Source: Podarcis filfolensis
Taxonomy: Eukaryota
Direction: 5' to 3' (one strand)
DNA: 64,000 bases
Assembly (NCBI GenBank): GCA_964270895.1
Contig: OZ185449.1
Shown here piece by piece: positions 39,201-47,365 of the stretch (position 1 is its first letter; every line of letters begins with the position of its first letter). The notes beneath the pieces were generated by a model. It worked only from the letters and a program-made list of their open reading frames with translations, did no database searches and was not told the origin of the DNA. The translations under genes and the position numbers were made by a program.

Positions 39201-41810
39201 TGAGATTTGAACTGGGGACCTTCTGATTCATAGCTTGGCCTTTTAACCGTTACGCTACACCAATCACAGGTATTTTAATAAGCTTGCATGTTTACCATGT
39301 GCAGTATATGTACACATTGCTGGATGCAAGGGGTTAATCGTGTAGACATTTTCTCACCCTCCCTTTTATAAACACTGTACTGTATTGGGCTAGAAGCAAG
39401 TCTTCTCCTTTCCTTGCAGGTCTACCTCCGCGAAGCACCATGGCCATCAGCACAGTCTGAGATCCGCACCATCAGCGCCTACAAGACCCCCCGGGACAAG
39501 CTGCAGTGTGTCTTGCGGATGTGCTCCACAATCATGAACCTGCTGAGCCTGGCAAACGAAGATTCTGTTCCTGGGGCAGACGACTTTGTCCCTGTGCTCG
39601 TCTTTGTTCTCATAAAGGTAAGGCTGATGTCCCCACACAAGAGCCTTGGGCCTCTCTCGCTCATGAAACTAACTCAGACTGCAGACCGTTTTTTTGTTTT
39701 TTCCCTACATGAAACATTCTCTGCAGGTGTCGTAATTTTTTAAAAGTGAACCAGCCTGGTTCCTGCCTGCTCTGCTCTTTGTTTGCACTGGGGGAGTATT
39801 CAAGAGACATGGCTGAGAGTAACACAGTCCATCCTCCTGCCCCTCTCTCCCATCTGCCATTTTGCTGCACCTGTGGGCTAGGCTTCAAGCCTGTGACAAA
39901 ATGGGACATTTGTTCTCCCAACTGCAAGGTGCAGGTCTGTGCACAAGAGAGATGGCTTTCCACACCCAAGAGCCATACACAAGTCATGGGGGCTATTGGG
40001 CGCTCCTTAGAAGAAAATATCCAGTAGGTATGGAGCAGGATATACTGTTTTAGGCTAGTCTCCAGCACAGTCCAGATGGCTATAATAATAGAATTGTATT
40101 TTTGGAAGGGACTCTCAAGGGTTATGTAGTCCAACCCTATGCAATGTAGGAATCTCAACTTTTAAAGCTACCCCCCAAAAAAACTTACAATTCCCAGCGC
40201 AAACTACTGTTCCTGTTATTCTTGGTTGTGGGGGATGCTTTACATCAGGCATCCCCAAACTTGGCTGTCCAGCTGTTTTGGGACTACAACTCCCATCATC
40301 CCTAGCTAACAGGACCAGTGGTCAGGGATGAAGGGAATTGTAGTCCCAAAACAGCTGGACAGCCAAGTTTGGGGAGTCTGCTTTACATGTATGCTGTGCC
40401 TTACCTACTTCTGGCTGGTTCAACTGCTGTGGCAGCTATTATCCAGTGGCTGGACCAGGTCTTGGGACGGGGGTGCGTCATTGGTGAAAAGAGTCTGCAA
40501 CAAGCACAGTGCCTCCACCTGTTGCTTCACTTAATCCTGCCTTGGCAGGGGCCACAAGGTGGCATGTATGGCTTAAGGTCCTTTGACTTCTTCCAGGCCA
40601 GAGGTGTGACTCCTCTGTACCCTTTTCTCATGACAGGGTTCAATTAGGGGGTGTTCAGTGTCTTTCTCTGGAAGGCCCTGCCCCTCCTGTGCTGCGTGGT
40701 GTGTGGTCCGTCTCCATCCTTTGGCTCTGAGCTAAACCCCGACAAACCATCTCTCTTTCTATGAGGGAGAGAGAAGGGGCGCAGAGGGCCGGTGATCAGC
40801 CCTTTCAGTGCCCCTTCTTTCTCCCTTGGCCAACATTATCTTCTGGGAGAGAGGGACACAGTTCCTCCCTCCCTCCCAGCATATCCTACCCTACATATTA
40901 TTTTTTTGAGTGGTGGGGAAGAAATGAGATTATAATCTAGGTTGCAAGCAGAATAAAATTGGAGGTGGAAGAGGGAGAGAATTGAGGTGGAGAGCCTGCA
41001 TTTTTGGGGGGAGGGTGTACCCTAGCTACTGCCTCCCCCCTGTAGTAAAGTGGTTGGAAGGGGGCTAAATGCCTCAGCCCCTTAAGGTATCCTTGTTCAT
41101 GGGGACCTCACCCCAATCCTTCTGGCCACCTGCACTTTGCTGCTGCTGCCGCCAAGGAACCAAGCGCCGCCATCTTCCGCCTCAGAAGGCAGGTACCTTA
41201 CCCATTACTACTTCAGGTGGCAGAATGCGGGGGGGGGTAGTGTGGTGCCCTCAATATGTTGTTGGACTTGAGCTCCCATCATATATGATGATTATTAACT
41301 GCTTGATGCCACAATAGGCTTCTAAGCAGCTTACAAGTATAAAAACCCATTGCACAAACATTAAAATATAAATACTCTTACTTAAAATGCACAACAAAAC
41401 AATACCATTAGAACAACACAGTAATTAAAACAGGAGTCTCAGTTTGAGACAGCAAAGGAATTGCCTGTGTAAACAGGTGTGCCTTCAAAAGCAGACGGGA
41501 TGCCCATGCAGATGGGGACCTCTCCTATTTCAGCAGGGTGGGCATTCCATAACATAGGCACCATGGTGAAAAAAAATTATGCTGGCTAGGGCTGATAGGA
41601 GTTCGAGTCCAATGGCCTCTGGAGACAACAGGCCTGCCAACCGTGACATACATCTCCTCCTCTCTGCAGGCCAATCCGCCCTGCTTGTTGTCCACTGTCC
41701 AGTACATCAGCAGTTTCTACGCCAACTGTTTAACTGGAGAAGAATCCTACTGGTGGATGCAGTTCACAGCGGCAGTTGAGTTCATTAAAACGATAGACGA
41801 GCGCAAGTAA
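5133..41810 (+). CDS. GAPVD1: GAPVD1 (GTPase-activating protein and VPS9 domain-containing protein 1), spliced CDS of 26 exons, 4458 nt / 1485 aa
   Basis: Join of 5133-5317, 5765-6608, 10242-10328, 11158-11292, 11396-11585, 13204-13284, 15882-16042, 17015-17144, 17433-17561, 18903-19076, 20782-20922, 23761-23895, 25064-25183, 28084-28161, 28330-28691, 30428-30515, 31777-31857, 32828-32950, 33076-33205, 34329-34438, 35437-35596, 35875-36062, 36709-36922, 37939-38011, 39420-39617, 41670-41810. All introns are GT-AG, phases agree and the total is divisible by 3. Starts MVKLDIHTLAHHLKQERLY and ends WWMQFTAAVEFIKTIDERK*, matching vertebrate GAPVD1 as recalled. Confidence 0.97.
5765..6608 (+). CDS. 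GAPVD1: GAPVD1 coding exon 2 (844 nt, most of the RasGAP-like domain)
   Basis: ttttcctAG acceptor; SAEASPAECC...INEVARFNLMQ (inside track ORF 5721-6614); donor CAG|GTATAA. Confidence 0.97.
7521..7770. mobile_element. hAT-type MITE
   Basis: Perfect 8-bp TSD CCCTAGGC (7513-7520 and 7771-7778); terminus CAGGGGTCAGCAAAC. Confidence 0.9.
10242..10328 (+). CDS. GAPVD1: GAPVD1 coding exon 3
   Basis: VGRLLQQLAMTSSEEGDPRTKSYLGKFDK; gttAG acceptor, AAA|GTAAGA donor. Confidence 0.95.
10697..10945 (+). mobile_element. tRNA-derived MIR/CORE-like squamate SINE (Squam3-like)
   Basis: tRNA-like head (cagtgtagtgtag...gggtttaaattccc), central core, (TAAAA)n tail; related copies elsewhere in the window. Confidence 0.7.
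11158..11292 (+). CDS. GAPVD1: GAPVD1 coding exon 4
   Basis: GCVAAFLDVVIGGRAVETPP...SQLTGL; cttgcAG acceptor, CTG|GTAAAT donor. Confidence 0.95.
11396..11585 (+). CDS. GAPVD1: GAPVD1 coding exon 5
   Basis: VSFMRNVMSGDQLKEDR...NKKNRLPI; follows a 103-nt intron; donor ATAG|GTGAGG. Confidence 0.95.
11720..11951. mobile_element. Tc1/mariner (Tigger/pogo-like) MITE
   Basis: TA TSD; TIRs CAGTGGTACCTCGGGTTAC / GTAACATGAGGTACCACTG. Confidence 0.9.
13204..13284 (+). CDS. GAPVD1: GAPVD1 exon 6, 81-nt frame-preserving candidate cassette exon
   Basis: (G)QQLAAITAWDTSATNLTAHINLVTPF; ctcaAG acceptor, TTTG|GTGGGT donor, phase 1-1; resembles an optional segment recalled from vertebrate GAPVD1 isoforms. 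Confidence 0.8.
14074..14118. repeat. (TTA)n microsatellite
   Basis: Direct inspection. Confidence 0.95.
15882..16042 (+). CDS. GAPVD1: GAPVD1 coding exon 7
   Basis: (A)TRSRSRSNIQ...GPQITPGMMSENE; ttccAG acceptor, GAG|GTATTG donor. Confidence 0.93.
17015..17144 (+). CDS. GAPVD1: GAPVD1 coding exon 8
   Basis: VLNMQLADGGQGDVP...DNLEGISE; cctAG acceptor, GAAG|GTGATG donor; internal alternative donor after 17081. Confidence 0.92.
17433..17561 (+). CDS. GAPVD1: GAPVD1 coding exon 9
   Basis: (G)PSNRSNSVSSLDLEGESVSELGAGGPSGSNGVEALQLLEHEQ; caacAG acceptor, CAAG|GTTAGT donor. Confidence 0.95.
17761..17993. mobile_element. Tc1/mariner (Tigger-like) MITE, second subfamily
   Basis: TA-flanked; TIRs TAGTCAAACCTTGGTTTTC / CAAAAACCGAGGTTCCACTG; CpG-rich interior. 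Confidence 0.75.
18903..19076 (+). CDS. GAPVD1: GAPVD1 coding exon 10
   Basis: (A)TTQDNLDDKLRKFEIRDMM...DRLQEIA; caatAG acceptor, GCAG|GTAACC donor. Confidence 0.95.
19811..20201 (+). mobile_element. CR1 LINE 3' end, degraded
   Basis: Degenerate RT C-terminus (DKRKYF...WN...TNLD..KRGLDK) followed by the 3' UTR ending gatccagcagggcacttcttacattctta. Confidence 0.8.
20254..20602 (-). mobile_element. Sauria SINE, full length
   Basis: tRNA-like head and (ACCTTT)n tail on the minus strand; 12-bp TSD TTAGTGAGAATA (20242-20253 and 20603-20614). Confidence 0.92.
20782..20922 (+). CDS. GAPVD1: GAPVD1 coding exon 11
   Basis: (G)AAAENMLGSLLCLPGSGS...WSVEVLPSDS; cctcAG acceptor, TCAG|GTTAGA donor. Confidence 0.95.
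21640..21915 (+). mobile_element. L2-type LINE 3' end, degraded
   Basis: gcacctgtgctttggaactccctccc (AP.LWNSLP motif) then an AT-rich 3' end with taaataaaata. Confidence 0.6.
23761..23895 (+). CDS. GAPVD1: GAPVD1 coding exon 12
   Basis: (E)APDLKQEERLQELESCSG...PGLSVVS; atttAG acceptor, TCAG|GTGAGA donor. Confidence 0.95.
25064..25183 (+). CDS. GAPVD1: GAPVD1 coding exon 13
   Basis: (G)ISATSEDIPNKIEDLRSECSSDFGGKDSVTSPDMDETAH; ctcctaAG acceptor, CATG|GTAAGG donor. Confidence 0.94.
25861..26032 (-). mobile_element. SINE with tRNA-Ile-derived head and CR1-like 3' tail
   Basis: Reverse complement of 25959-26032 resembles tRNA-Ile(GAT); tail ggttggactagatgatcctcagggtcccttccaactctacaattctatgattct. 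Confidence 0.75.
27569..27921 (-). mobile_element. Sauria SINE, full length
   Basis: Same architecture as the 20254 copy; 14-bp TSD TTAAAGTAT(G/C)CATA (27555-27568 and 27922-27935). Confidence 0.92.
28084..28161 (+). CDS. GAPVD1: GAPVD1 coding exon 14
   Basis: (G)TSQGASTLSHAESLLAMFDPLSSNE; ctttAG acceptor, GAAG|GTAATC donor. Confidence 0.92.
28330..28691 (+). CDS. GAPVD1: GAPVD1 coding exon 15
   Basis: (A)VVRPKVHYARPSHPPPDPP...RDSCRGE; ttttccAG acceptor (NAGNAG), GAG|GTAAGA donor. Confidence 0.94.
28870..29150 (+). mobile_element. CR1 LINE 3' fragment
   Basis: Similar to 19811-20201 (ttggatggctttaaaagaggattag...ccttggcctgatcc). Confidence 0.7.
29255..29417 (+). mobile_element. L2-type LINE 3' terminus with (TTA)n tail
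   Basis: gttggaagccgccca..gtggctggggaaacccagccagatggg..ggtataaataataaa(tta)n; same terminus as 54730-54830. Confidence 0.75.
30428..30515 (+). CDS. GAPVD1: GAPVD1 coding exon 16
   Basis: VEDRKDSDDEKSDRNKPWWRKRFVSAMPR; aaacAG acceptor, AGAG|GTGTGG donor. Confidence 0.94.
31777..31857 (+). CDS. GAPVD1: GAPVD1 coding exon 17 (81 nt, frame-preserving, possibly skippable)
   Basis: (A)PIPFRKKEKQDKDKEDFVPDRYNALQ; ccccAG acceptor, CAAG|GTTAGT donor, phase 1-1. Confidence 0.9.
32828..32950 (+). CDS. GAPVD1: GAPVD1 coding exon 18
   Basis: (D)DSGPRLSAQAQAAEDILDKYRNAIKRTSP...YDNA; ttttAG acceptor, GCAG|GTGAGA donor. Confidence 0.95.
33076..33205 (+). CDS. GAPVD1: GAPVD1 coding exon 19
   Basis: (D)AIGDGESIHDS...QDSAFSYR; weak polypyrimidine tract but GCTAAC branch point at about 33038-33043; donor ACAG|GTAGCT. 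Confidence 0.9.
33217..33270. repeat. Compound (GT)n(GA)n microsatellite
   Basis: Direct inspection, just downstream of the exon 19 donor. Confidence 0.95.
33358..33568 (+). mobile_element. MIR/CORE-like squamate SINE (Squam3-like)
   Basis: tRNA-like head with gttcgaatcc B-box; core ctctcaccctaacatatcccacagggtggttgtgaggataaaatgg. Confidence 0.65.
33872..34124. mobile_element. Tigger-like MITE (same family as 11720)
   Basis: TIR CAGTGGTACCTC...GAGGTACCACTG, then TA; internal duplication of about 36 bp. Confidence 0.88.
34329..34438 (+). CDS. GAPVD1: GAPVD1 coding exon 20
   Basis: DAKKKLRLALCSADSVAFPMLSHSTRNGLPDHTDPE; ctcccAG acceptor, GAAG|GTAAAA donor. Confidence 0.95.
35437..35596 (+). 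CDS. GAPVD1: GAPVD1 coding exon 21
   Basis: (D)NEIVCFLKVQLAEAINLQDKNLMAQIQETMRC...IAEDYR; gaacAG acceptor, ACAG|GTAAAT donor. Confidence 0.95.
35614..35720 (-). mobile_element. CR1 3' terminal fragment
   Basis: cataagaacacaagaagaaccctactggatcaggccca is the reverse complement of the CR1 3' end. Confidence 0.65.
35875..36062 (+). CDS. GAPVD1: GAPVD1 coding exon 22
   Basis: KRAPYIAYLTQCRQGLQTTQAHLERLLQ...KIRAFIQ; atcccAG acceptor, CAAG|GTAAGC donor. Confidence 0.95.
36709..36922 (+). CDS. GAPVD1: GAPVD1 coding exon 23
   Basis: (D)FQKLTAADDKTAQVEDFLQFLYG...YPNQDGDILRDQ; ccaaAG acceptor, CCA|GTGAGT donor. Confidence 0.95.
37939..38011 (+). CDS. GAPVD1: GAPVD1 coding exon 24
   Basis: LLYDHIQRLSKVVTANHKALQIPE; tttctAG acceptor, GAG|GTAAGT donor. 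Confidence 0.95.
38298..38455 (+). mobile_element. tRNA-derived SINE (TGC/GCA-anticodon-like head; Squam2-like)
   Basis: gctgtagctcaatggcagagcatctgctttgcattcagaaggtcccaggttcaatcc A/B boxes; body ...ccagtcagtgtagaca; further copies near 24085, 43620, 49520, 52400(-), 52590(-), 55020(-), 58200 and 59730(-). Confidence 0.75.
39420..39617 (+). CDS. GAPVD1: GAPVD1 coding exon 25 (VPS9 core)
   Basis: VYLREAPWPSAQ...PRDKLQC...VPGADDFVPVLVFVLIK, containing the VPS9 GADD-type motif; ttgcAG acceptor, AAG|GTAAGG donor. Confidence 0.97.
40246..40380. mobile_element. 135-bp palindromic hAT MITE
   Basis: 8-bp TSD CTTTACAT (40238-40245 and 40381-40388); inverted arms of about 50 bp. Confidence 0.9.
41670..41810 (+). 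CDS. GAPVD1: GAPVD1 last coding exon 26
   Basis: ANPPCLLSTVQYISSFYANCLTGEESYWWMQFTAAVEFIKTIDERK*; ctgcAG acceptor; TAA at 41808-41810. Confidence 0.97.
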   Translation, partial: ANPPCLLSTVQYISSFYANCLTGEESYWWMQFTAAVEFIKTIDERK

Positions 41811-42715
41811 ACTCCAACCCAGCCAGCATCTCTGCTGAGAACCAAATGGCTCACAGAGGAGGACCTTTATGAATGTATGACGCCTGGTCTCTGCCCATCA
41901 GGCTACAGGAAAACAAAGAGAGAAGACCTCCATGTGTAAATACTGTAAAGGAGTTCCAAGCATTTTCAAACAAACCTTTACTAATTGGACTAATTCCAGC
42001 AGGGTGGTTTGAGGTATTATTTGGGTTGTGTGTGTGCTTCCTTTTCTTTTTGAATCCTCTTTCCCATAGAAACTAGCACTGTGTCAAATCATAATAAAAA
42101 TAAAAGGGACCACTTGTTAAAGTATCCTGGAATCTCCAGGCATTTTTTCTGCTGCCACAACCTCCATGTCAAAAAAATTTTTTCCTTAACAGTTTAGTTA
42201 GAACTTTTTAAAAACTTGGTGAGTGGAGAGAATAAAGGTAAGCACTTTCTAATGATCTTTATTTACGAGAATTCATTTGTTTTGTTGAGACGGAATGCAC
42301 CAGTCACAGAGGAGAGTTTGCAGCAAGTGAAGGGGTCAAACTTGAATCATGAAAGAGCAATGTATTTATTAAAATGTAAATGCTCACCAAATGGTATACT
42401 AAAACTGGAAGATATTCATATGGCCTTTATCATAATTAGCACATTCTTTCTAATTTTGGACAGGGCATTAGAGTTATTCATCTGTTGCACAAAAGAGGTG
42501 ATGTTTAAGGGTTTATAGGGGGAAGCGGGATTGCTTGAAGAGAATTTAAAATATAAGCGAAAGAAACATCAATAACCTTACGTTTGTTTTGTTTTTGTTT
42601 TCCTTCGGAAATACTGTGTATACTGTACAAACCCGAAATGGAACTTTCCCCCTATGAAACCAGAATCTGTAATATATATTTTGATTATTCGTATTAAAAG
42701 CATACATCAAGCATT
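41811..42715 (+). other. GAPVD1: GAPVD1 3' UTR (approximate end)
   Basis: Repeat-free, AU-rich sequence after the stop codon; AATAAA at 42093, 42099 and 42231, ATTAAA at 42693. Confidence 0.65.
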
Positions 42716-42760
42716 TGGGTGAAAAATTTTTTGTGTCTTTTGGCTTGTCATTCTCTTTGC
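42693..42760 (+). terminator. Probable polyadenylation signal
   Basis: ATTAAA at 42693-42698, upstream TGTA elements (about 42617-42670), CA about 15-20 nt downstream, then a U/GU-rich tract (ttttttgtgtcttttggcttgtc). Confidence 0.6.
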
Positions 42761-43619
42761 TGTTTGTAGTTTTAAACTGGTTGTATCTAGGATAACACTC
42801 CTCTTTCTTTTTTCAGTAAGAAAACAAATATATAGGGGGGTTATTATACAAATTATGGGGCTGCTTTTGTGTGTTTAAAAGCAGTTGGTTGAGGACTAGG
42901 CATAATCTCTGGCTATCTTGGAGATGTGGGGTGGGGGGAAGCAGAGAAGAAAATGGGGAATTGGGGTTGGGGGGAGGTGGAATGAAGTATCCAGGATGAA
43001 GGCCAGGCTGGCTGGCTGGCTGGCTTCCTGTACACCAGGACTCCACAGATCATTTCTTACTTATATAGTGCTATCTTTCTACAATGACAGGGCATGTCCC
43101 CATCCCAAGGAGCTTACAACCCCAAGGAGCTTACAATATCTATGTTTATAGATACAAAGGGATATAAGAGAGGAAGTGTTTTCTTAATTAGAGAGAAAAA
43201 TAAGTAACTGTGTGTGTTTTGCTTGTACATTACATAATTATAAATGGACTATGATAACCCCCCCTTCCCCAGTGTAACCTTAGCCTGGGGAGCCTGTGAT
43301 TTTCCAGATGTTATGACTCCCAACTCCCATCGGCCCCAGGCAAGGATGGCCAAGGATGGATCAACCAAGGATGATGGGAGTCAAGAGTCTAGCAACAGCT
43401 GGAGGGTCACAAGTGAACATGTAAACAGGCCCCAGAGTTTACAGCTGTGTTTTCTTTGACATAGCAAGCTCAGCTCGGACCCTGCCTTTGGCACTCTCAC
43501 CACGACACTTCTGCCTGTGGGTTTGATCAAACTTGTTGCTGCACATATTGGGGGAAAGAGCTAAAGTGTTGTTTTCCTCTTGAGTTTTACAAGTTAAAAT
43601 ATGATGGATTGTACAATCA

Positions 43620-43800
43620 AGGCGTTGTCTCTCAGTGGTAGAGCATCTGTTTTGCATGCAGGAGCTCCCAGGTTCAAACCCCAATGGCATCCAGGTAGGG
43701 CTGGAGAGACTCCTGTCTCCAAAACAGTATGGTTGCTTCCAGTCAGTGTAGGCAATACTGAGCTAGATGGACTGAAGGGGTTCTCAGTTTCATGTATACT
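43620..43800 (+). mobile_element. tRNA-derived SINE (Squam2-like)
   Basis: ctcagtggtagagcatctgttttgcatgcaggagctcccaggttcaaacccc head; tail ccagtcagtgtaggcaatactgagctagatggac. Confidence 0.75.
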
Positions 43801-44049
43801 GAGTAGCAGCACCTCTCCAGGCTTTCAAGCAGAGGTCTTTGTCATTATCTGAGTCCCCCTTTCTCTTTTTGGACAGTATAGGAGAGGGTTGACGAACCTG
43901 CTGCTCTTCCAATGCTGTTTGACTCCAACTCCCATCATCCCTGATCCTTAGCCATACCAACTGGGACTGATGGGAGTTGGCATCTAACAATAGGAGGACC
44001 AGGCGTTCCCCACTTCACTGCACCCAGAGGCAGAGAGCAGGGTTCCTTT

Positions 44050-44580
44050 GTGTGTGATGGCCCAATTGCCACCCATACCTTGTTTTCCAGGAATAAAATT
44101 CTTAACAGGTCCTTCAACTCTTGTGGATAAATGTATGTTGGGTTAGTTTCTGGTGAGCCACTGTTTCGTTTCCGCTTTAAAAACAGAAGCATGAACGATG
44201 AAGGCTTAAAAGACAGAAGCATTGATATCTTTTTCAATCGGCACATTTCACTTCTGTTTCCGAGACTGTCGGCCATTTAGCCAGCTGCTCTATTTCATGT
44301 TCCTGAATGGGATAATCAACATCCTCATACATAGCTTGAAAATAGGAGACCCAGTGGTCAGGTGGAATTTGTGTGGATAGAAGGGAAACAGCCTTGGGGG
44401 AGCCGGAGGTAACCAATTTCCAAAATAGTGACTGATTTTTCCCCCTTTGCCGTGCTAATTACCGGTAGGTTCGACCAGCATTTTCTGCTGTAGGCATATT
44501 TTTGGTGGGTTATTAGGGCTTTGTATTCTTTTATTAGCGAGCGGACAGAAAGATAGGCACATTTGAATTTGATCCAACCT
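44050..44580 (-). mobile_element. Degraded non-LTR retrotransposon ORF2 fragment (region upstream of RT)
   Basis: Minus-strand frames give FWKLV..IPPDHWVSYFQAMY..WPTVSETEVK, resembling the linker that precedes LINE RT domains; frameshifted. Confidence 0.55.
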
Positions 44581-45561
44581 AGTTTTTGGAATGGTGACTG
44601 CAACTGTTGCTCAGAATGCAAAACGTTTGCTGTGTTCCACAAGAGCCCTCAGGGAGGCTGTGCAGTTAAATCACTGGTGTCTGGCACAGAATTGAACATA
44701 TCAAAAACCTTTAAAAATAAAAAAAATCAAGTTTCTAGCCCTTGCAATGGAAAAATAAAGAGAGCTTGCTCTCACCAAATATTTGAAGATGAGTTTGTAT
44801 GCTTCTGTCATCCTTGTCAGCTGCCTGCTTTGAGTGGTACCATGCAGAGGAGAATCCTACAGTAGAGTCAGAATCTGTGTGTTTGTCTGCCATGGTACTG
44901 GTAAGAAAATGTTGCAGCGTATCCTCAATAACTGTTTCTGTTTAGCCAGGCACCTCTCTTTCCAGCATGCCATTCTGTTACCTAGGCTCTTGTTTACTAC
45001 TTTTCTTTTCCAGCTGTCACTCAACATTCTATTGCTACTGAGAATGCTCTGTTCTTATTGGGCTGCTTTGTTTGGGGGGTGTCCTTTTTATTTTAAGGAA
45101 CTATTTGTCTTCTACAGACCTCGCAGATACCTCTTCTTTTCCTCAGTGGATCGGTTTGGTTATTAGAATATTAAAACTGTAGAAAATGTCACATTTCTGT
45201 CCCTAAGGCATTGGAAGGGGAGGGAGCAATACTTAACTTCTTTGCACAAGAGCCAGGTTCACCCTTGGCCAGAAGTAGGTGGGAGTAGTCACACACCCAC
45301 ATGCTTGCAATGCATACAGTTTCCCCTCCTCAATTCCTGCAGATCAGCTTAGGAAAGCAGCTGCCTCTTGGGGGATTTCCCCCTTCTCCAGTCACTTGCA
45401 GACTCGATATTTCCAGCTGAGATTCAATTGCATACTGGCACTGCAAACTCCAGATTGTGAAAGAAGTCTTGCATGACCCACTTCTCTTTCTCGGCAAAGA
45501 TTTGACTTTCTGCAATAAGGAAGAAGTGATTGCAAAATATATAATATAATAATAAAATTAT

Positions 45562-45705
45562 CCAGTAGCACCTTAAAGACCAACTAAGTCTCTAAGGTGC
45601 TACTAGACAATTATATATATATATAATTATATATATATATAATTATATATATATATAATTATATATAATTTCAACTGCGTCAAACCAACATGGCTACCTA
45701 CCTGA
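45562..45705. mobile_element. Penelope-like element terminal remnant with AT-rich minisatellite
   Basis: ccagtagcaccttaaagaccaactaag and accaacatggctacctacctg resemble reptile Penelope pseudo-LTR ends as recalled; (AATTATATATATATAT)n at 45609-45670. Confidence 0.6.
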
Positions 45706-46177
45706 TTGGAAAATGCATAGTAAAATGTGGGACCCTTGCTTTGATTCCACATCATCTAACCTCCCCACAGACAAATCGGACTAAATGCTCATTTAAATGG
45801 CTAATGTTATTTAATTTACCTGCAAACACTTGATAAGCATATAGACTGGAGGCACCCCCCCTCTCTCTTGGGGTTGTATCAGTGATGTTCCCTGAACACT
45901 CTCAAACACCTCTTCCTCCCCTCTCTACAACACACATACCTCAGCTGCTGACACTGCTGTGGGACTCTTTCCATGATCTCAGGGCTCCAGCATTATCAAA
46001 ACTTACGCTGGACTACAAGAGAAAAGGGAGGTGTTTTTCTGAAAGCCCTATCCTTGGCAAAGACCTGGGCATATTACCTGTGCGTGCCTTGAGTGACATC
46101 TAGTGGCCAAGTTTCTGTACTACCCTAGGGCTCCCCATTTAGTATGATGGCTTGACCTCTGTGACCTTAGGCGCTGT

Positions 46178-47300
46178 TAAGAGCATAATAGAATCTGCTG
46201 GATTAGGCTAATGGCCCAACTAGTCCAGCATCCTGTTCTCACAGGGGCCAGCCAGAGTCCCTAAAGGGAGGCCCACAAGCTCGAACCAAGCACATGAACA
46301 TCTCACTTCCTGCAAATAGTATTCAGAAGCATAGAGCCTCCAATAGTGGAGGCAGAGGATAGCCATTGTGGCTAGTAGCCATTTAAAGTGTTATCCTCCA
46401 TGAATCTGTCCAACCTGCTTTTAAGGCCTTCCAAATTGGTGGCTGTTCCTGCTGATGTTAGTTACTTATACATCACTGCCTCCTGCGGGTCTGAGTTTCA
46501 TAATTTAATTGTGCCTTGCTTGAATAAGTCTGAATCTTTCAACATTGGATGTTCCTGAGTTCTAGCATTATGAGAGGGAGGAATAAAAATTTCTCCTATT
46601 CACTTTCTCCATGTTATGCATCATTGTATAAACTTCTATCATGTCCCCTCTTCCTTGCCTTTTTTTCCTTTTCTTTGCTAAACTAAAAAGTCCCCAATGC
46701 TGCAACTTTTCCTCCTAGGAGAGCCACTCTCCGCCCCCCGCCCCCGATTATTTTGGTTTTCCTTTTCTGAACCTTTCCCAACTCTGCAAGATGCTTTTGG
46801 AGTGAGGCAGGCAGAATACCCAGTATTCCAAATGCAGTTTTGCAGTTGTATACAGTGGTACCTTGGGTTAAGAACTTAATTCGTTCTGGAGGTCCATTCT
46901 TAACCTGAAACTGTTCTTAACCTGAGGTACCACTTTAGCTAATGGGGCCTCCTGCTGCCACTACGCCGCCACCACGCAATTTTTGTTCTCATCCTGAAGC
47001 AAAGTTCTTAACCTGAGGTACTATTTCTGGGTTAGCGGAGTCTGTAACCTGAAGCGTCTGTAACCCGAGGTACCACTGTATATCAACATTATGATATTGG
47101 CAGCTATATCTTCAAGTCCTCTTCTAACGGTGTCTAGCATGGAGTTTGCCTTTTTCACAGTTGCTGCACACTGGGCTAACAGTTTCATCAAGCTATTGAC
47201 TACAATCCTAAGGTCTCGTTCCTGATCAGTTTGCCAGTTCAGCCTCCAATGTTTCTACATTCACTGGTGATCTGTGAAAGAGCTCCATACTGAGTATTTT
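46178..47300 (-). mobile_element. CR1 LINE 3' region interrupted by a Tigger-like MITE
   Basis: Reverse complement of the CR1 3' end at 46178; homology continues on both sides of 46853-47078. Confidence 0.75.
46853..47078. mobile_element. Tigger-like MITE nested in CR1
   Basis: TA TSD; CAGTGGTACCTTGGGTT...AACCCGAGGTACCACTG. Confidence 0.9.
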
Positions 47301-47331
47301 CCTTATTTTTGGTTGTTCAAAACTGCTGGGG

Positions 47332-47365
<34 letters not shown>

